Shown here: positions 38,251-58,077 of the stretch, piece after piece
How positions within the stretch are numbered: the stretch's first letter is position 1
How the letters are laid out: each line of letters opens with the position of its first letter
Source: the human T2T-CHM13v2.0 reference genome, Homo sapiens
Assembly (NCBI RefSeq): GCF_009914755.1
Contig: NC_060948.1
Length of the DNA: 64,000 bases
Strand: one strand, 5' to 3'
Position numbers and translations under genes: made by a program
Notes under the pieces: generated by a model
What the model saw: only the letters and a program-made list of their open reading frames with translations
Told to the model about the DNA's origin: nothing
The model's database searches: none

Positions 38251-38684
38251 AGGACAGTGAGGATTAAATTTATTAATATGTGTGCAGCTCTTAGTGTATT
38301 ACCTTGACTTTAAGCACTATAAGTATTAACTGCTATCATTATTGCTTACTTTGTATCTTCAGTTTACTCACACCAAATTCTGCTTAATTGCATAAAAGAA
38401 AATATTAGAGAAGTAACACAGATAGTAGTGGCTATATGGAACCACATAGCCATCACTCTCTGTGTCAGTAATGTTTTCTGATTTGCAACAAATAAGAGAC
38501 CTTTTGCATATAAAGGTTCTGCAAACAGATTTCCCTAGACATATATTAAAGTGTTTGAAAACAAAAACAAAAAAATCAATACTATGGTAAAATGTAACAA
38601 ATTTAAAGTCATTAGAGTAAAATATCTGTCTACATAGCATTTACATTTTATTAATTATTTATGTAGAGATAAAGTAAACTACAC

Positions 38685-38812
38685 AGGAGGATGGGTGTGC
38701 ATTATACTTATGTACTGCATCATTATAAAGCAGAAGCTTGAGCAGACATACATTTTGGTATTTGAGATGTTTCTGGAGCCAATCCCCTACAGATACCAAA
38801 GGATTGCTATAT
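38685..38812. mobile_element. MER2/Tigger-like terminal remnant
   Basis: GAGGATGGGTG...CTTGAGCA...ATTTTGGTATTTG...CTGGAGCCAATCCCCTACAGATACCAAAGGATTGCTATA. Confidence 0.6.
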
Positions 38813-39445
38813 ATAAATATGTTAAGCTTTGATAAGAAAGTATTGCTTAAGTTAGTTATGGCATAATTACCATGATGATGTTAATGATTATTTACTTACC
38901 TTTTTATAAATAAATTAAAAAGATTATAAGCTTTAAAATTATCATTACATTGTTTTTGATATTTGCTGGGGAAATGAGAACATTTGTACATGGGGACACA
39001 TTCTCTGTTTATGGTATGGTAACACAATTAAGCACTTGCTATTTAAATAATTTCCTTTTTTTGTTTTGTTTTGCAATTACCTATGCTCCTGTCACCAATC
39101 TAGTAAGTGTGTGTGTCAGGGAGAAAATTACATTTATTTCTGGGATTGAGGACACTATTTTCTTGTTTATTTAAATCATGCTGAAGGGATGAGATTTTTG
39201 CAGCTGACACTGTGTAAGTTAGCAGTGTATATTTGATTTTCAATGGATACATTTCTCAGACTGGGAAGGAAGCACTTTTGGTCAGATTTTTTGTTGGTTG
39301 CTAGGAGACCAAAATCCTCTTGTGATGTCATTGCTACTCACCTTGGGAACATCGTGATGGTCTAGATTTCTTTACCTGCCTAGGCCTTCTGAAGCAGCAT
39401 TTGAAGCCGCAGTCTTGAAAACCATGCAGGCTGGAAGAGTAGCTA

Positions 39446-40677
<1,232 letters not shown>

Positions 40678-40789
40678 AACAGTACACACTTTTGATCTTA
40701 CATTAAAGGATTCCAACATGTTTGTGCCTTTCATTACCTCCTGTTAGAGTCCATGTTTCATGTTTTCTAATGCACATTTCCTTGCTTCT

Positions 40790-41072
40790 TCTTTTCTTTG
40801 AGATAGTCTTACTGTGTTACCCTGGCTGGAGAGCAGTGGCATTATTTCAGCTCACTGCAACCTCAGCCTCTGGGTTCAAGTAATTACTGTGCCTCAAACT
40901 TTTGAGTAGGTAAAATTATATATGCCCACCAAGCTGGGCTAATTTTTGTATTTTTCGTAGAAACGGAGTTTCACCAAATTGGCCAGGATGGTCTTGAATT
41001 CCTGGCCTCACGTGATCCACCCACCCTGGCCCCTAAAAGTGCTGGAATTACAAGGTTGAGCCACCAAACCCC
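40790..41072 (-). mobile_element. AluS
   Basis: GAGATAGTCTTACTGTG...GCTCACTGCAACCTC...AAAGTGCTGGAATTACAAGG. Confidence 0.87.
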
Positions 41073-41510
41073 TCCTCTAATACAGATGTTCATCACATTG
41101 GTTTCATCTATACAAAGTCAGATTTCATGGCTTTTGTCAGGATTTGATACCTTTTAGATTCTGAATCCATATCCTCAGCATGGCTGAACAAATCCCTTCC
41201 AGACCTAATATTTATTTTCCTGTCAGCTTCATGTCTTTCTGTTTCACCACAGTCCAGTTGGAGCAACATCTGGACAACTCCACTTTCAGCCATGCCCTTT
41301 CCTATCTTGTAACTTGGGCCCCATTTTTTCTTGGAGATAAATGCTCTCTCCCGATTTGCCTACTTAAGACTCCTACAACACAGACATCACTCCTTCCAGG
41401 AGGTGCTTCTTATCTGTCACATTAGTTTTCTTGTCTGTCTGTCTGTGTCTCCTGGACACCCAGCACTGATGTCACACAGTACCTAATACATATATGTACA
41501 TTTTTGTATT

Positions 41511-41516
<6 letters not shown>

Positions 41517-41550
<34 letters not shown>
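41517..41550. repeat. (CA)n microsatellite
   Basis: Uninterrupted AC run. Confidence 0.95.
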
Positions 41551-41553
<3 letters not shown>

Positions 41554-41789
41554 GTATGTGAATTTGTGAATGTTGACTGTGGACATACAACCATAAAATC
41601 TATTTTCATTGTCAAAAATGAACATTATTGGTGTTGTGGTATTACTTGTTATTCTTCATTACTCACCACAACTTTTCATAAAAGGGTAGGTCAGAGTTTT
41701 GTTCACTAGAGGTGCAATAATTTTGACTTACTGAGATTAACATCCCTGGTTATCATTTCAACTATCACGCTTTCTTTTTCGGTATAGGT

Positions 41790-42164
41790 ATGTTTTTTTA
41801 TATATGTATATATTTGTATATTTTTTGTATATGTATTTTTTATATTTGTATATGTTTTATATTTGTATATTTTTGTTTGTATATTTTTGTATATTTATTT
41901 GTATATGTTTGTTATATTTTACATTTTTGTAAAAAATTTATTTATATATTTATATTTATATATATTGTAAAAAATATTTATATATTTATATATTATATTA
42001 TTCATATATTATATATTTGTATAATGTGTATATATTATTTACATATTTGTATATTTTATTTTTTTATATTTGTATATTTTTATATTTGTATATTTTTTGT
42101 ATATTTATTTGCATATTTTTCTAAATATATTGTATATATTTTTATATATATTTGTATATTTTAT
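41790..42164. repeat. AT-rich (TATATTT/TGTATATT)n low-complexity tract at the L1 tail
   Basis: Repeated TATATTTGTATATTTTT units abutting the L1 3' end. Confidence 0.85.
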
Positions 42165-48300
<6,136 letters not shown>

Positions 48301-48877
48301 AAAAAAGGTCTGGTTGTGATTTTTCCCAGCTTCTTCTAAAAATTATTTTTCATCTTCTGCTTTGACTGGCAGGTCCTTGCCTGAAAGAATAGCTTTATCT
48401 TTGCCACTCCTTCCTTTATTTGCTGTAGAGATTCCCAGTTGTTGTGCTGAAATGGCTTACACTGGGGATCCAGCTGCACAATTGTTCAGAAGGAGCATTC
48501 ACTGTGGATTTGGTATATTATGCAACATTTGGTGTCACCAGCTAAGGCCTGACAAGATTCATCACTCAGTTTTCTGGGACAACTGAAATTGGAATGGAGT
48601 ATGGATTTGGTCAGACAGATTCCTCAGTATGGAAACCTAGTGGTGCCATCTTACCCTATGCCTATATTTTCAGATTGTGCATAAGTAGAAGAAATTTAGA
48701 ATCAATGCTATAAAAAGGGAATCCTGATTTCCTTTCCTGGCAGACCATGACACAAGACAAAGATCATTTCACCTATGTCCACATACTATTAACTTTTTAG
48801 TTCTCACGCTGGATTTTCAGAGGGTAGTGCGATGGACATGGTTAAATAGTTAATATGAAGAATGTTTAAAAAAATTA

Positions 48878-49155
<278 letters not shown>

Positions 49156-50519
49156 ATGGACAACAATAAAATGGATAATGCCAAATAAATAAAAAGTGAA
49201 AAGATTAACTTGGGTGAACCCCAAGACAACAAAGAAAAAAGAAAATGATATTTTAGAAAGTGAGGATAAAGTAATGAAAGATGGACTGAGACAGATTAAA
49301 ATGTGGAATACATTATTGTAAATTTAAGGCCAGAATAATGCAAGTGTCAAAAAAACAACAAAAGCAACAATAAAACAAGCACAGGGAGGGGTAGAGAGAG
49401 GGTGAATGAGGAAAAAGAGAAAGCAAATGCAAAATGTAAAGTAATCAGCATGATTAGAATATCTGTTCATTCCCACTCTCTGCAAATTCTTTGTATTTTG
49501 AGGAACATCCTGACAAGATTTTAATGTAATCAATCACGGAGTAGTCTAACCCAGAAAATATCCTAGCTTCCTCTAGGATTCAAAGACCTTGTACCTTCTT
49601 AGGTATTCTCTCTCCATCTAGGTTAAACTAAACTGTTTCAACAACAAAAACTACTTTGAATTTTCTGCCCAAAAGGAACATCACGGACGTTCTTCATCTT
49701 GGGTCATCACTTGAGTAATGAAGTAGATGGAGCAAATGTACTTTCCCCCTTACATAAATACAATTAATAGCACCACATAATGTATATAAAGCAAACATAA
49801 GACTGAAGGATGGAGCAAGAAGATAAACGGGTGAGGAAATTTAAGATGCAACAAGTGATAAGATGGTTGAGTTTCCTGGATTCTTTTTGCCTGGTGTTAT
49901 CACAGACTTGATCCTAATGGAGCTGGTACCCAAAAATGTAAATAAGTACAGGCAAAAAGTTCTCCCAAAACCCAACTTCTATAGCCACATGGCTAGGAAA
50001 GGGACACCTTACAAAGAGAAAAATATTTTTACAATAGCCTTCCTACTTTAGTCAAACATTACAACAGAAAACAAAGCAAACCAAAAAAGCTAGCCAGGAC
50101 AACAATGTTTAAGTTGAAACATAGAGAGCACCAGGCAGTAATGAGGCACCCCAACCCTCTGCTGGAGTGGAATCACATAAGGGAAAGTAGAGAGTTAGAG
50201 TTTTCAATGCTGCCATATGGGGACACCCTTCTGCTTCTAGCCAGGGAGGTACAAGTAACACCCAGGTTGAAGCTGGAATCTGCATATTTTTTTATCAGTA
50301 GCTAGAAGGGCTGCCTTGGATGTCAAAGGAAGTGAAGAAGAGAATTTGGAATTGTGCCCTTCCTTTACAAGCATACACTTTCCTTTGTTATGGTGGTATC
50401 AGACAAAGCCAGCTACAAATGAACAAATAGGATGTCATAATATGGTTCAGAGTTTCCTAACATTTCCCCAAATGTTTAACTTTCAAATAAAAATCTCACA
50501 CAGAAATGTTAGTGCTACT

Positions 50520-51380
50520 GTTAAAGGATCACTATGGTGTCAGTTTTTCTTGCCAGAAACTTCTGTGGCCATGATGCCTTTGCTTGACTTCTTGTCCTGT
50601 TTGCAGGAAGAATGAGGTACACAGACAGGTGAAGGGTAAAGAAGAAGCAGAGTTCTATTTGGCATTAAAACGGTTCAAAGTGTTGGGATTCCTTCAGTAC
50701 GGTGGCAGAAATATGAAATGGAAATATTATGGAAAGGTATAGGGAATAGTCACAAACTTTTTGGAAGGCCGAAAGATTACATAGCTTGTAATAATTGAAC
50801 AATTATTCAATTGGAGGGAGGTCGACCAAGGATATTGCCCCATACTGTAATTTACTTTAGACCACGGTACCTGAGCTTTAATCATTCATAGGTCTACTCT
50901 CTCAGCCAGGTTAATTATCCACAAGTGTGCTGACTCAAAGCTTCTGTTGTTAATTGTATACTAAATAAATGCCTGGAGTGCGAGCTGCTCAGGGCCGGCC
51001 TCAGTAACAAACTTTTCTTGTCATGCAGGTGCTCAGACATTCAGCTAGACTGGCAAAACAGAGTATCTATGTGCTAGTGTGTGGTTTATCCATCTGCAAT
51101 TTGGGTCAGGGTCTGCGGGCAGACCCCTGAAGCTAGTGCCCTCTTGTGAGGAGCAATACCTCACAAAGGAGTGGGTAGCTCTCCTCTATAGGCAGGTCTT
51201 CCTATGGTGTGTTCACTCTAGAGAGAGAGGCTCCTCTCTGTCGGCAAGTCATTTAGATGTCTCTGCAGGTCTGTGAAGCTCTCTGTTGCAGCTGCTGCTC
51301 TCAGCGGAGAGGGTACTGCTCTCCTCCCGTTGTCTACAGCAATCAGCAAGAAGGGTACTCCTTTCTTTAGCAGACTGGCT
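50520..51380 (-). mobile_element. MER52/LTR27/LTR28-related ERV1 LTR fragment, split by an LTR22 insertion
   Basis: TGTTAAAGGATC...GCCAGAAACTTCTGTGGCC...TTCTTGTCCTG...CAGGAAGAATGAGGTACACAGACA; resumes GAGTGGGTAGCTCTCCTCT after 51168. Confidence 0.6.
50681..51163 (+). mobile_element. solo LTR22 (HERV-K22/HML-5)
   Basis: TGTTGGGATTC...GAGCAATACCTCA with AATAAA at ~50964 and a perfect 5-bp TSD CAAAG (50676-50680 / 51164-51168). Confidence 0.85.
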
Positions 51381-52190
51381 TTTGAATGTCTTCATAAGAT
51401 CCTTCACAGAGCAGCAGTTTTTAATTTTGATTTGATACAGTTAATCTTTTTTTTTACTTTTATGGCTTATGCATTTGGTATCAAATATAATAACATTTTG
51501 CTACAACTAAGAAGCTTGAATTTTTTTACGTTCTTTTTTTCTGAAAACGTTTTATAAAATGTGTTGTAATTTTATATTACATTGAAATTCATGAGACATT
51601 TTGAGTTAATTTCTGTAGTATAAGATTTATGTTATGGCTTTATTTCTTAAATTTATAAATATCCACGTGCCCTGGCACCATTTGTTTAAAGGCTGTTTTT
51701 CCTCCACTGATTTCTGCTTGCCAGATTTGTGTCATATCACTTGGTCATATCCACACCAGTGTGGCTCTATTCCTGGGCCTTCTCTTCTGCTCCATTTTTA
51801 TATGAATCTATTTCTATGCCAATACCAAACTGTTATGTTCATTTTAGCTGTGTAATAAGTCTTAGAAATGTTGATGAATTTCTCCCACTATATACTTGTA
51901 TACTCATAATTGTCTTAGCTATCATGGTGAGTAAGTTTGCTTTGTCTGCAAAAATTCTTGCTGAGATACTGATAGGAATTTCACCAAATATATAGATCAA
52001 GCTGGGGAAAATTAACAGGATATATTGTCTTCATATCCATGAACACAGTGTATCTCTCATTATCTCTATTTGATTTCTTTCACCAGTGTTTTACATGTTT
52101 CAGCACATAGATCTCATACATGTTTTCTTTTGTTTAAATGCATATCAAAACATTTGATGTTCTTTGGAGCAGTTGTAGATCATACAGTTG
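51380..52190 (-). mobile_element. old L1M ORF2 fragment
   Basis: GGCACCATTTGTTTAAAGG, TATGCCAATACCAAACTG, ATCCATGAACACAGTGTATCTCTC. Confidence 0.65.
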
Positions 52191-52519
52191 CTAATTTGGG
52201 GTCCTGTTGACCTGCAGTGTGGGAAAATAGCAGAGTGCTAATTAGTTTGGATTTACTTCAGTTGTTCAGTTCCTAGGAGGGTGGGTGGTGGTAGATGGTT
52301 AACTCTCCACTAAAGCCCACTGACAGGATAGAATAGAGGAGGGTGGTGCGGAGGCAGTCAAACCACACAGTGCAATCAGTCCTAATCAGCTCTAGCCCTT
52401 TAAAAATTGTTGTTGTTGAGTCAACCTAGATGATCAGCTTGCTACCAGAGACTCCTGACATAAGGGAATTGGAATGCTCTCCTCTGCTTTCTCCGGGAGG
52501 GTGATAGAAGATTCCCTCT

Positions 52520-52814
52520 GGCCAGATGTGGTGGCTCACGCCTGTAATCTCAGCATTCTGGGAGGACGAGGCAGGTGGATCACCTGAGGTCAGGAGTTCA
52601 AAACCAGGCTAACATGGAGAAACCCCGACTCTACAAAAAATGGAAAATTAGCTCAGTGTGGAGGCACATTCCTGTTATCTCAGCTAGTCAGGGAGCTGAG
52701 GCAGGAGAATTGCTTCAACCCAGGAGGTGAAGCTTGCAGTGAACTGAGATTGCATACCATCGCACTCCAGCCTGGTCAACAAAAAAGAAACTCCAGCTCA
52801 AAAAAAAAAAAAAA
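52520..52814 (+). mobile_element. AluSp/Sq-like
   Basis: GGCCAGATGTGGTGGCTCACGCC...AACATGGAGAAACCCC...A-tail. Confidence 0.9.
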
Positions 52815-53464
52815 TTGCTGCCTACTTTGACTTTATGGAGAATCAAGCATTACTGCCCCGTGAGAAGATTGTCTTTGTATATGGCTCCACACAAATGGCA
52901 ATACTAGCTTTTTTTTTTTTTTTTCTCGTAGCGTTTGTCTGGAATAGCTTGGTTATTACCCCTAGAAATGTTTTGTGTGATTGTGTATGGTTAGGCCATC
53001 CTCTCCTGGTCCTTTGGCTGAGAGAGAACAGGATTTGCTTGAAGTCCTTTTTATCTGTGCCTATTGGAGATTCTGTGTTGGAAGCTTCTACAGTCCATCA
53101 TCTGTGATATATGGAAGAAAATAGGAAAACCCAGAAAAGTGACAATGTTATCAATCTTTAAGTCCTAAAGTCCCTAGACAAACTGCCTTCCTCTTTCTGC
53201 CTTTCAGAGCCTGTCCTTGTTTTTTTCTCGTTATATCCATGGTGTTTTAGTTGTTTAGAGGAAACACTGGGCTGTTGCATCGTAACTGGAAATCCTAGGA
53301 AGTGAATGGTTGAGAACGGCTTTGAAAGTTCCATGCAAACCAAATCTCATAACGCAAAACATGGGAAGATATGATTATAGAGAATGACATGATATGATTT
53401 ACCTACAATAAAGTGGTTTTATAAAATAAAGTCTTCACCAAAATTAAATATTCTTAGAGAAGTC

Positions 53465-56400
53465 TGCTGAGATCAGCTAGGTCGTGAAGACCTTAACCCA
53501 GTGGCACTAGAGGAATTAAAGACACACACACAGAAATCTAAAGTGCAGAGTGGGATCAGTGGGCTGACAGCCTTCAGAGCTGACAGCCATGAACAGAGTT
53601 TTACCCACATATTTCTTGACAGCAAGCCAGAGATCAGCGTTGTTTCTATAGATTATAGATTCAGTAAAATGGAAGACAAAGGGAGGGGTTCTCGTTAGTT
53701 ATCTGCAGCAGGAACATGTCGTTGAGGCACAGATCACCCATGATATTATTTGTGGTTCAAGAACACCTTAAGTGGTTTTCTGCCCTGGGTGGGCCAGGTG
53801 TTCCTTGCCCACATTCTGGTAAACCCACAACCTTCAGTGTAGACGTCATATCTATTTTGAGCATGTCATAGTGCTTCAGAGATTTTGCTTATGGCCAGTT
53901 TTGGGGCCTGTCGATGGCCAAATTTGGGGGCCTTTTCCCAACATGTCTTCTTTTTTTGTTTTTCTAAGACAATAAAAGCAAATGCAGCTTTACTACTCTG
54001 AGCTACTTCTCGCAGGAGTCGGGATCTGCATCTGCAGACTATACAAAGACAAACAACAGAGGCTAAAAGCACAATCATCATTAAAATCACAGAACCTCCA
54101 AGAGTTCTTATCCATTTTATTGGATTAGTAGCTGCTAATCCATCTGCAGCTCCTTCAAGTACCCCTGTTCCTGGCATTAAGGTTAAGTGTGCCTGGGATA
54201 CTTCAAATAATTGTTATTTTAATTTACAATATCCAAAGACATGTTCATAGAGTGTCCTTCTAGATGCTTTTTTATTCTTTCTCAAATGTTTATACTACGA
54301 AGAGCCATTAATAGGTTCCACAAATCCTTATTTTTAGCTCCTAGAGCGAGCCATATCATTTGAGGTTGAGGTGCCATTATACCGCCATGTTTCCAGAGGA
54401 ACTCTTGCGGTACTTCTTACCATTTTTACCATCTGATGGCTTTGTTCAGACCAGCTGAACATAATGTGGCTGTGGCACATAGACTGAGAGTTGCAATTTA
54501 AGGTAAACATCCCCTTAGGGGGCCAAACAATAAGGATTCCCTAGGAATTGTTACACAGCACCTCAGTCTGTTCTGCAATGCAATTTTCCCAAACAAGTAC
54601 ATTCATTTTCTCTGGCCACGTCCAGCTCTGTTTACAAACAGGTTTTTAAGGGTGGTATGCCTCAATTATAGGAGCAGATTTATTATGAAATATACTGAGA
54701 CCAGAAAGCATGTGTGTCAGCATGGACAGGACTGTGTCAGTTCTGTTAAAGAAATACTCATGGCAATGGTGATCACCGCTTTGATAGCTATCATTAAATT
54801 ACTCACTGGGACTGGTTGTCCCACCTCAGATTTTCTCTCACCATCTGTGACAGCTTCTTGATCTGTCCTCAGGTGGGTGGCTGCTTTTGATGGGTGTTGC
54901 TCATGATATTTGGGGTCCTCCTCAGGGTCAACTTAGACAAGACTGCCACCGATGTGTCTTTGGAATCCTCTCAAAACCACTTTCTTGGTATCTGGCTCAT
55001 AGCAGGGCTTTAGATGTCTCAATGGCATGCACATTGGCAGTTGATTTGGTACTGGAGAAACACAAGCATAACCTCCACTCGATGTTATTATTTTACCTAT
55101 TTCCCAACTTTCCATTATTGGATCTCTCAACCAAACCAGTTTTTCTGCTTCTATCTTTGCAGCTGGCTTCTGTAGATGCTGTTTGGCTGCAGATAGCATC
55201 TGGTCCTAGACAAGCTCAAAAAATTTAGAGTAAATCATGCTAGATTCAATTTCATATGTGGCATCCCACAGTCCCTGTTTCCACCTTTTGCTTTTGCAAC
55301 TGTTGTTTAAGGAAGAGATTCATTCTTTCCACTATGGCTTGTCCTTGAAAATTATATGAGATACCAGTAATGTGTTTAATATTCCATATAGAGAAAAATG
55401 TAGCTAGAACTTGGCTACTATAGCCTGGGTCACTGTCCTTTTTAAAGAAGCTGGAATGCCCATCACCACAAAACACTGCAAAAGGTGACATTTAACACAG
55501 GCAGAAGACTCTCTTGATTGGCAAGTAGCTCAGACAAAGTGAGAAAATGTGTCCACACATACATGTATATAAGCTAGTCTCCCAAACAAGGGAAAATGTG
55601 TGACATTCATTTGCCAAAGAGAATTAGGTCCCAATCCTCGAGGATTAACTCCTCCTGTAAAAGATGAGGAATGCACCATTTGGCAAGTTGGGTATCGCTG
55701 GATAATAGCTTTCACTTCTTTCCAGATAATGCTGTACTGTGTTTGAGACCAAAAACATTAACATGGGTTGAATTGTGAAAGTGTCTGGCATTAGATATTG
55801 TAGTAGCAACTGGCGGATCAGCCATTTGATTCCCTGCAGTCAAATGTCCTGGAGGAGGTTTATGAGCTCTAATATGAGTAATGCAAAAAGGGTTCATTCT
55901 ACTTCTAGCTTCTGTGTGTAATTGGGTAAATAAAGTCATCAGTTGCTCATCTGTGTGGAATCATAGCTGAGCATTTTCAAGTAACTGTGTAGAATGAACC
56001 ACATATGAAGAATCAGAAATCACATTTATAGGCATACTAAAACAAGTCCATACCTCAATTACAGCTGCAAACTCCACCTTTTGAGATGAAATATAGGGCA
56101 TTTCCTGAGCTGGAAATGCCCTGGTTTAGAAAGCGGACTGGGACGGCCCCTCCTGGCATTTCCCAAAATCAGGTTTCCATCTTTATCAAACTTAGAGTGA
56201 CACTGATTATCCGAGTAATTTTCTTTTTGCATTTTGGACATATTCCAGGCTCAGCAGTTTTCCTTTTATCCCTCAACTTGTGGCCTGACTCACTGATTTT
56301 TTTCACATTCTTTTCCAGTGTGACCATGCTTCCCACAGTTAAAACAAGCTCCAGGAAATGGAGTATTTCCTTTACCCACTTTCAGTCCTGTCATGGCTTG

Positions 56401-58077
56401 CACCACCAAAGTAGCTTTATGCAGATTACCTCTGATACCATCACAGGCCTTGATATAGTCAATTAAATGTGCTTTCCCTCTAATAGGTCACAGAGCCACC
56501 TGGAAATATGGATTTTCATTGTCGAAAGCTCATAACTGCAACACTATATCCTCAGCAGCTAAATCTGCAGTCATTTTTTAAGAGACTCTTATAACCAAGC
56601 TATAAAATCTGCATATGGTTCTTTTGGTCCCTGTTTTATAGCACTAAAGGAAAGATATTGTTCTCCTCCTGAAGTTATTTTTCCAAACTCTAATGCATAC
56701 TCCTCTAAGCTGTTCTATGGCATCACCCAGCATGACCACTTGTGCATCCAAACCAACGCAGCTGCCTACCCCCAAAAGATGGTCTGTAGTTATATTAATT
56801 TGAGGTTGGGCCTGCGCATTGTGAGAAGGCTGAAAAAAGCTTCTTCTCCTCACCAAGTTTTAAACTGTAAAAAGTGAGCGAGAGTCAGGCAAGCTCACGT
56901 AAGAGCATCCCATTCAGTAGGAATCATCTGACTGGGGACAGCAACATTCTTTAACAGTACCATTACCAAAGAAGAACCTGGTCCATATTGATTAATAGCT
57001 GGTTTAAATTCTTTGAGTAATTTAAAAGGAAAAGGCTCAAAAGTAGTGATAATATTTCCCTGTTGACCTGGGGCATGTATCCTAACAGGGAGCTGCCAAG
57101 CCTCTATATCACCCTCTCGTCTAGGTTGCTGAATTCCTGCCTGAATAGAACGAAGAGCAATTGCTCATGGCACTGCTTGAACAATCATGGGGCAACTAGT
57201 TTTTGGTCAGTGGGTTCCAGAAAAGAAAGATCTACAGGGTCAGACCACTCTTTTTCTTCAAAATAGTGAGGGAGTGAAGAAGGGCAGAGACAAACCTCTC
57301 TCTCCTTTGCCACTTTAGCTTTAGCTGGCAAACAAACCTGTTCTGTCACCTCTTCTGTTACTTTGCTATACTCTCCTTCCTCCTAATCATCAATGTGAAA
57401 ATGTTCCAAGGTGGAACAAACCAGAACCTGGACTTGTCCCATTGTTAACCTGATGCTTCCAAACTCCCCTTCTAACTCACTATGGCGATTGCTTAAGAGT
57501 AGCCAGATGTCCTCCAGTGTAGTCCTACATTCTCCAACCATTGCTCCTGTGACCTTTGACCTGGATTTGAGACCCCGTATAGTCACCACTTGCCGAGGCC
57601 AGCTCGGTCATGGAAACCATAACCCAATGGCACTAGCGGCATTAAAGACACACACACACACACACACACACAAATATAGTGTGCACAGTGAGAATCAGGG
57701 GGCTAACAGCCTTCAGAGCTGAGAGCCATAAACAGAGTTTAACACACATATTTATTGACAGCAAGCCAGTGATAAGCATTGTTTCTATAGATTACAGGTT
57801 AACTAAAACAGGAGACAAAGGATGGGCTCTGGCTAGTTATCTGCAGTGGGAAAGTGTCTTTGAGGCACAGATCGTTCATGGTATTATTTGTGGTTCAGGA
57901 ATACCTTCAGTGATTTTCTGCCCTGGGTGTGCCAGGTGTCCTTGGCCTTCATTCTGATAAACAACCTTCATTGTAGTCATCATAGCAATCAGAAGCATGT
58001 CACAGTGCTATAGAGATATTGCTTATGGCCAGTTTTGGGGCCAATCTATGACCAGATTTTGGGGCCTGTTCCCAACA
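53465..58077 (-). mobile_element. HERV-K9 (HML-3) provirus, internally deleted, two MER9 LTRs
   Basis: 5'LTR 57591-58077 and 3'LTR 53465-53943, both TGTTGGGA...CA. Contains a gag remnant (QCHSKFDKDGN), RNaseH/integrase (ITHIRAH, HVCVDTFS, QGQAIVERMN), env TM (NPIKWIRTLGGSVIL) and a polypurine tract before the 3'LTR. Flanks are AAGTC/AAGCC. Confidence 0.9.
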
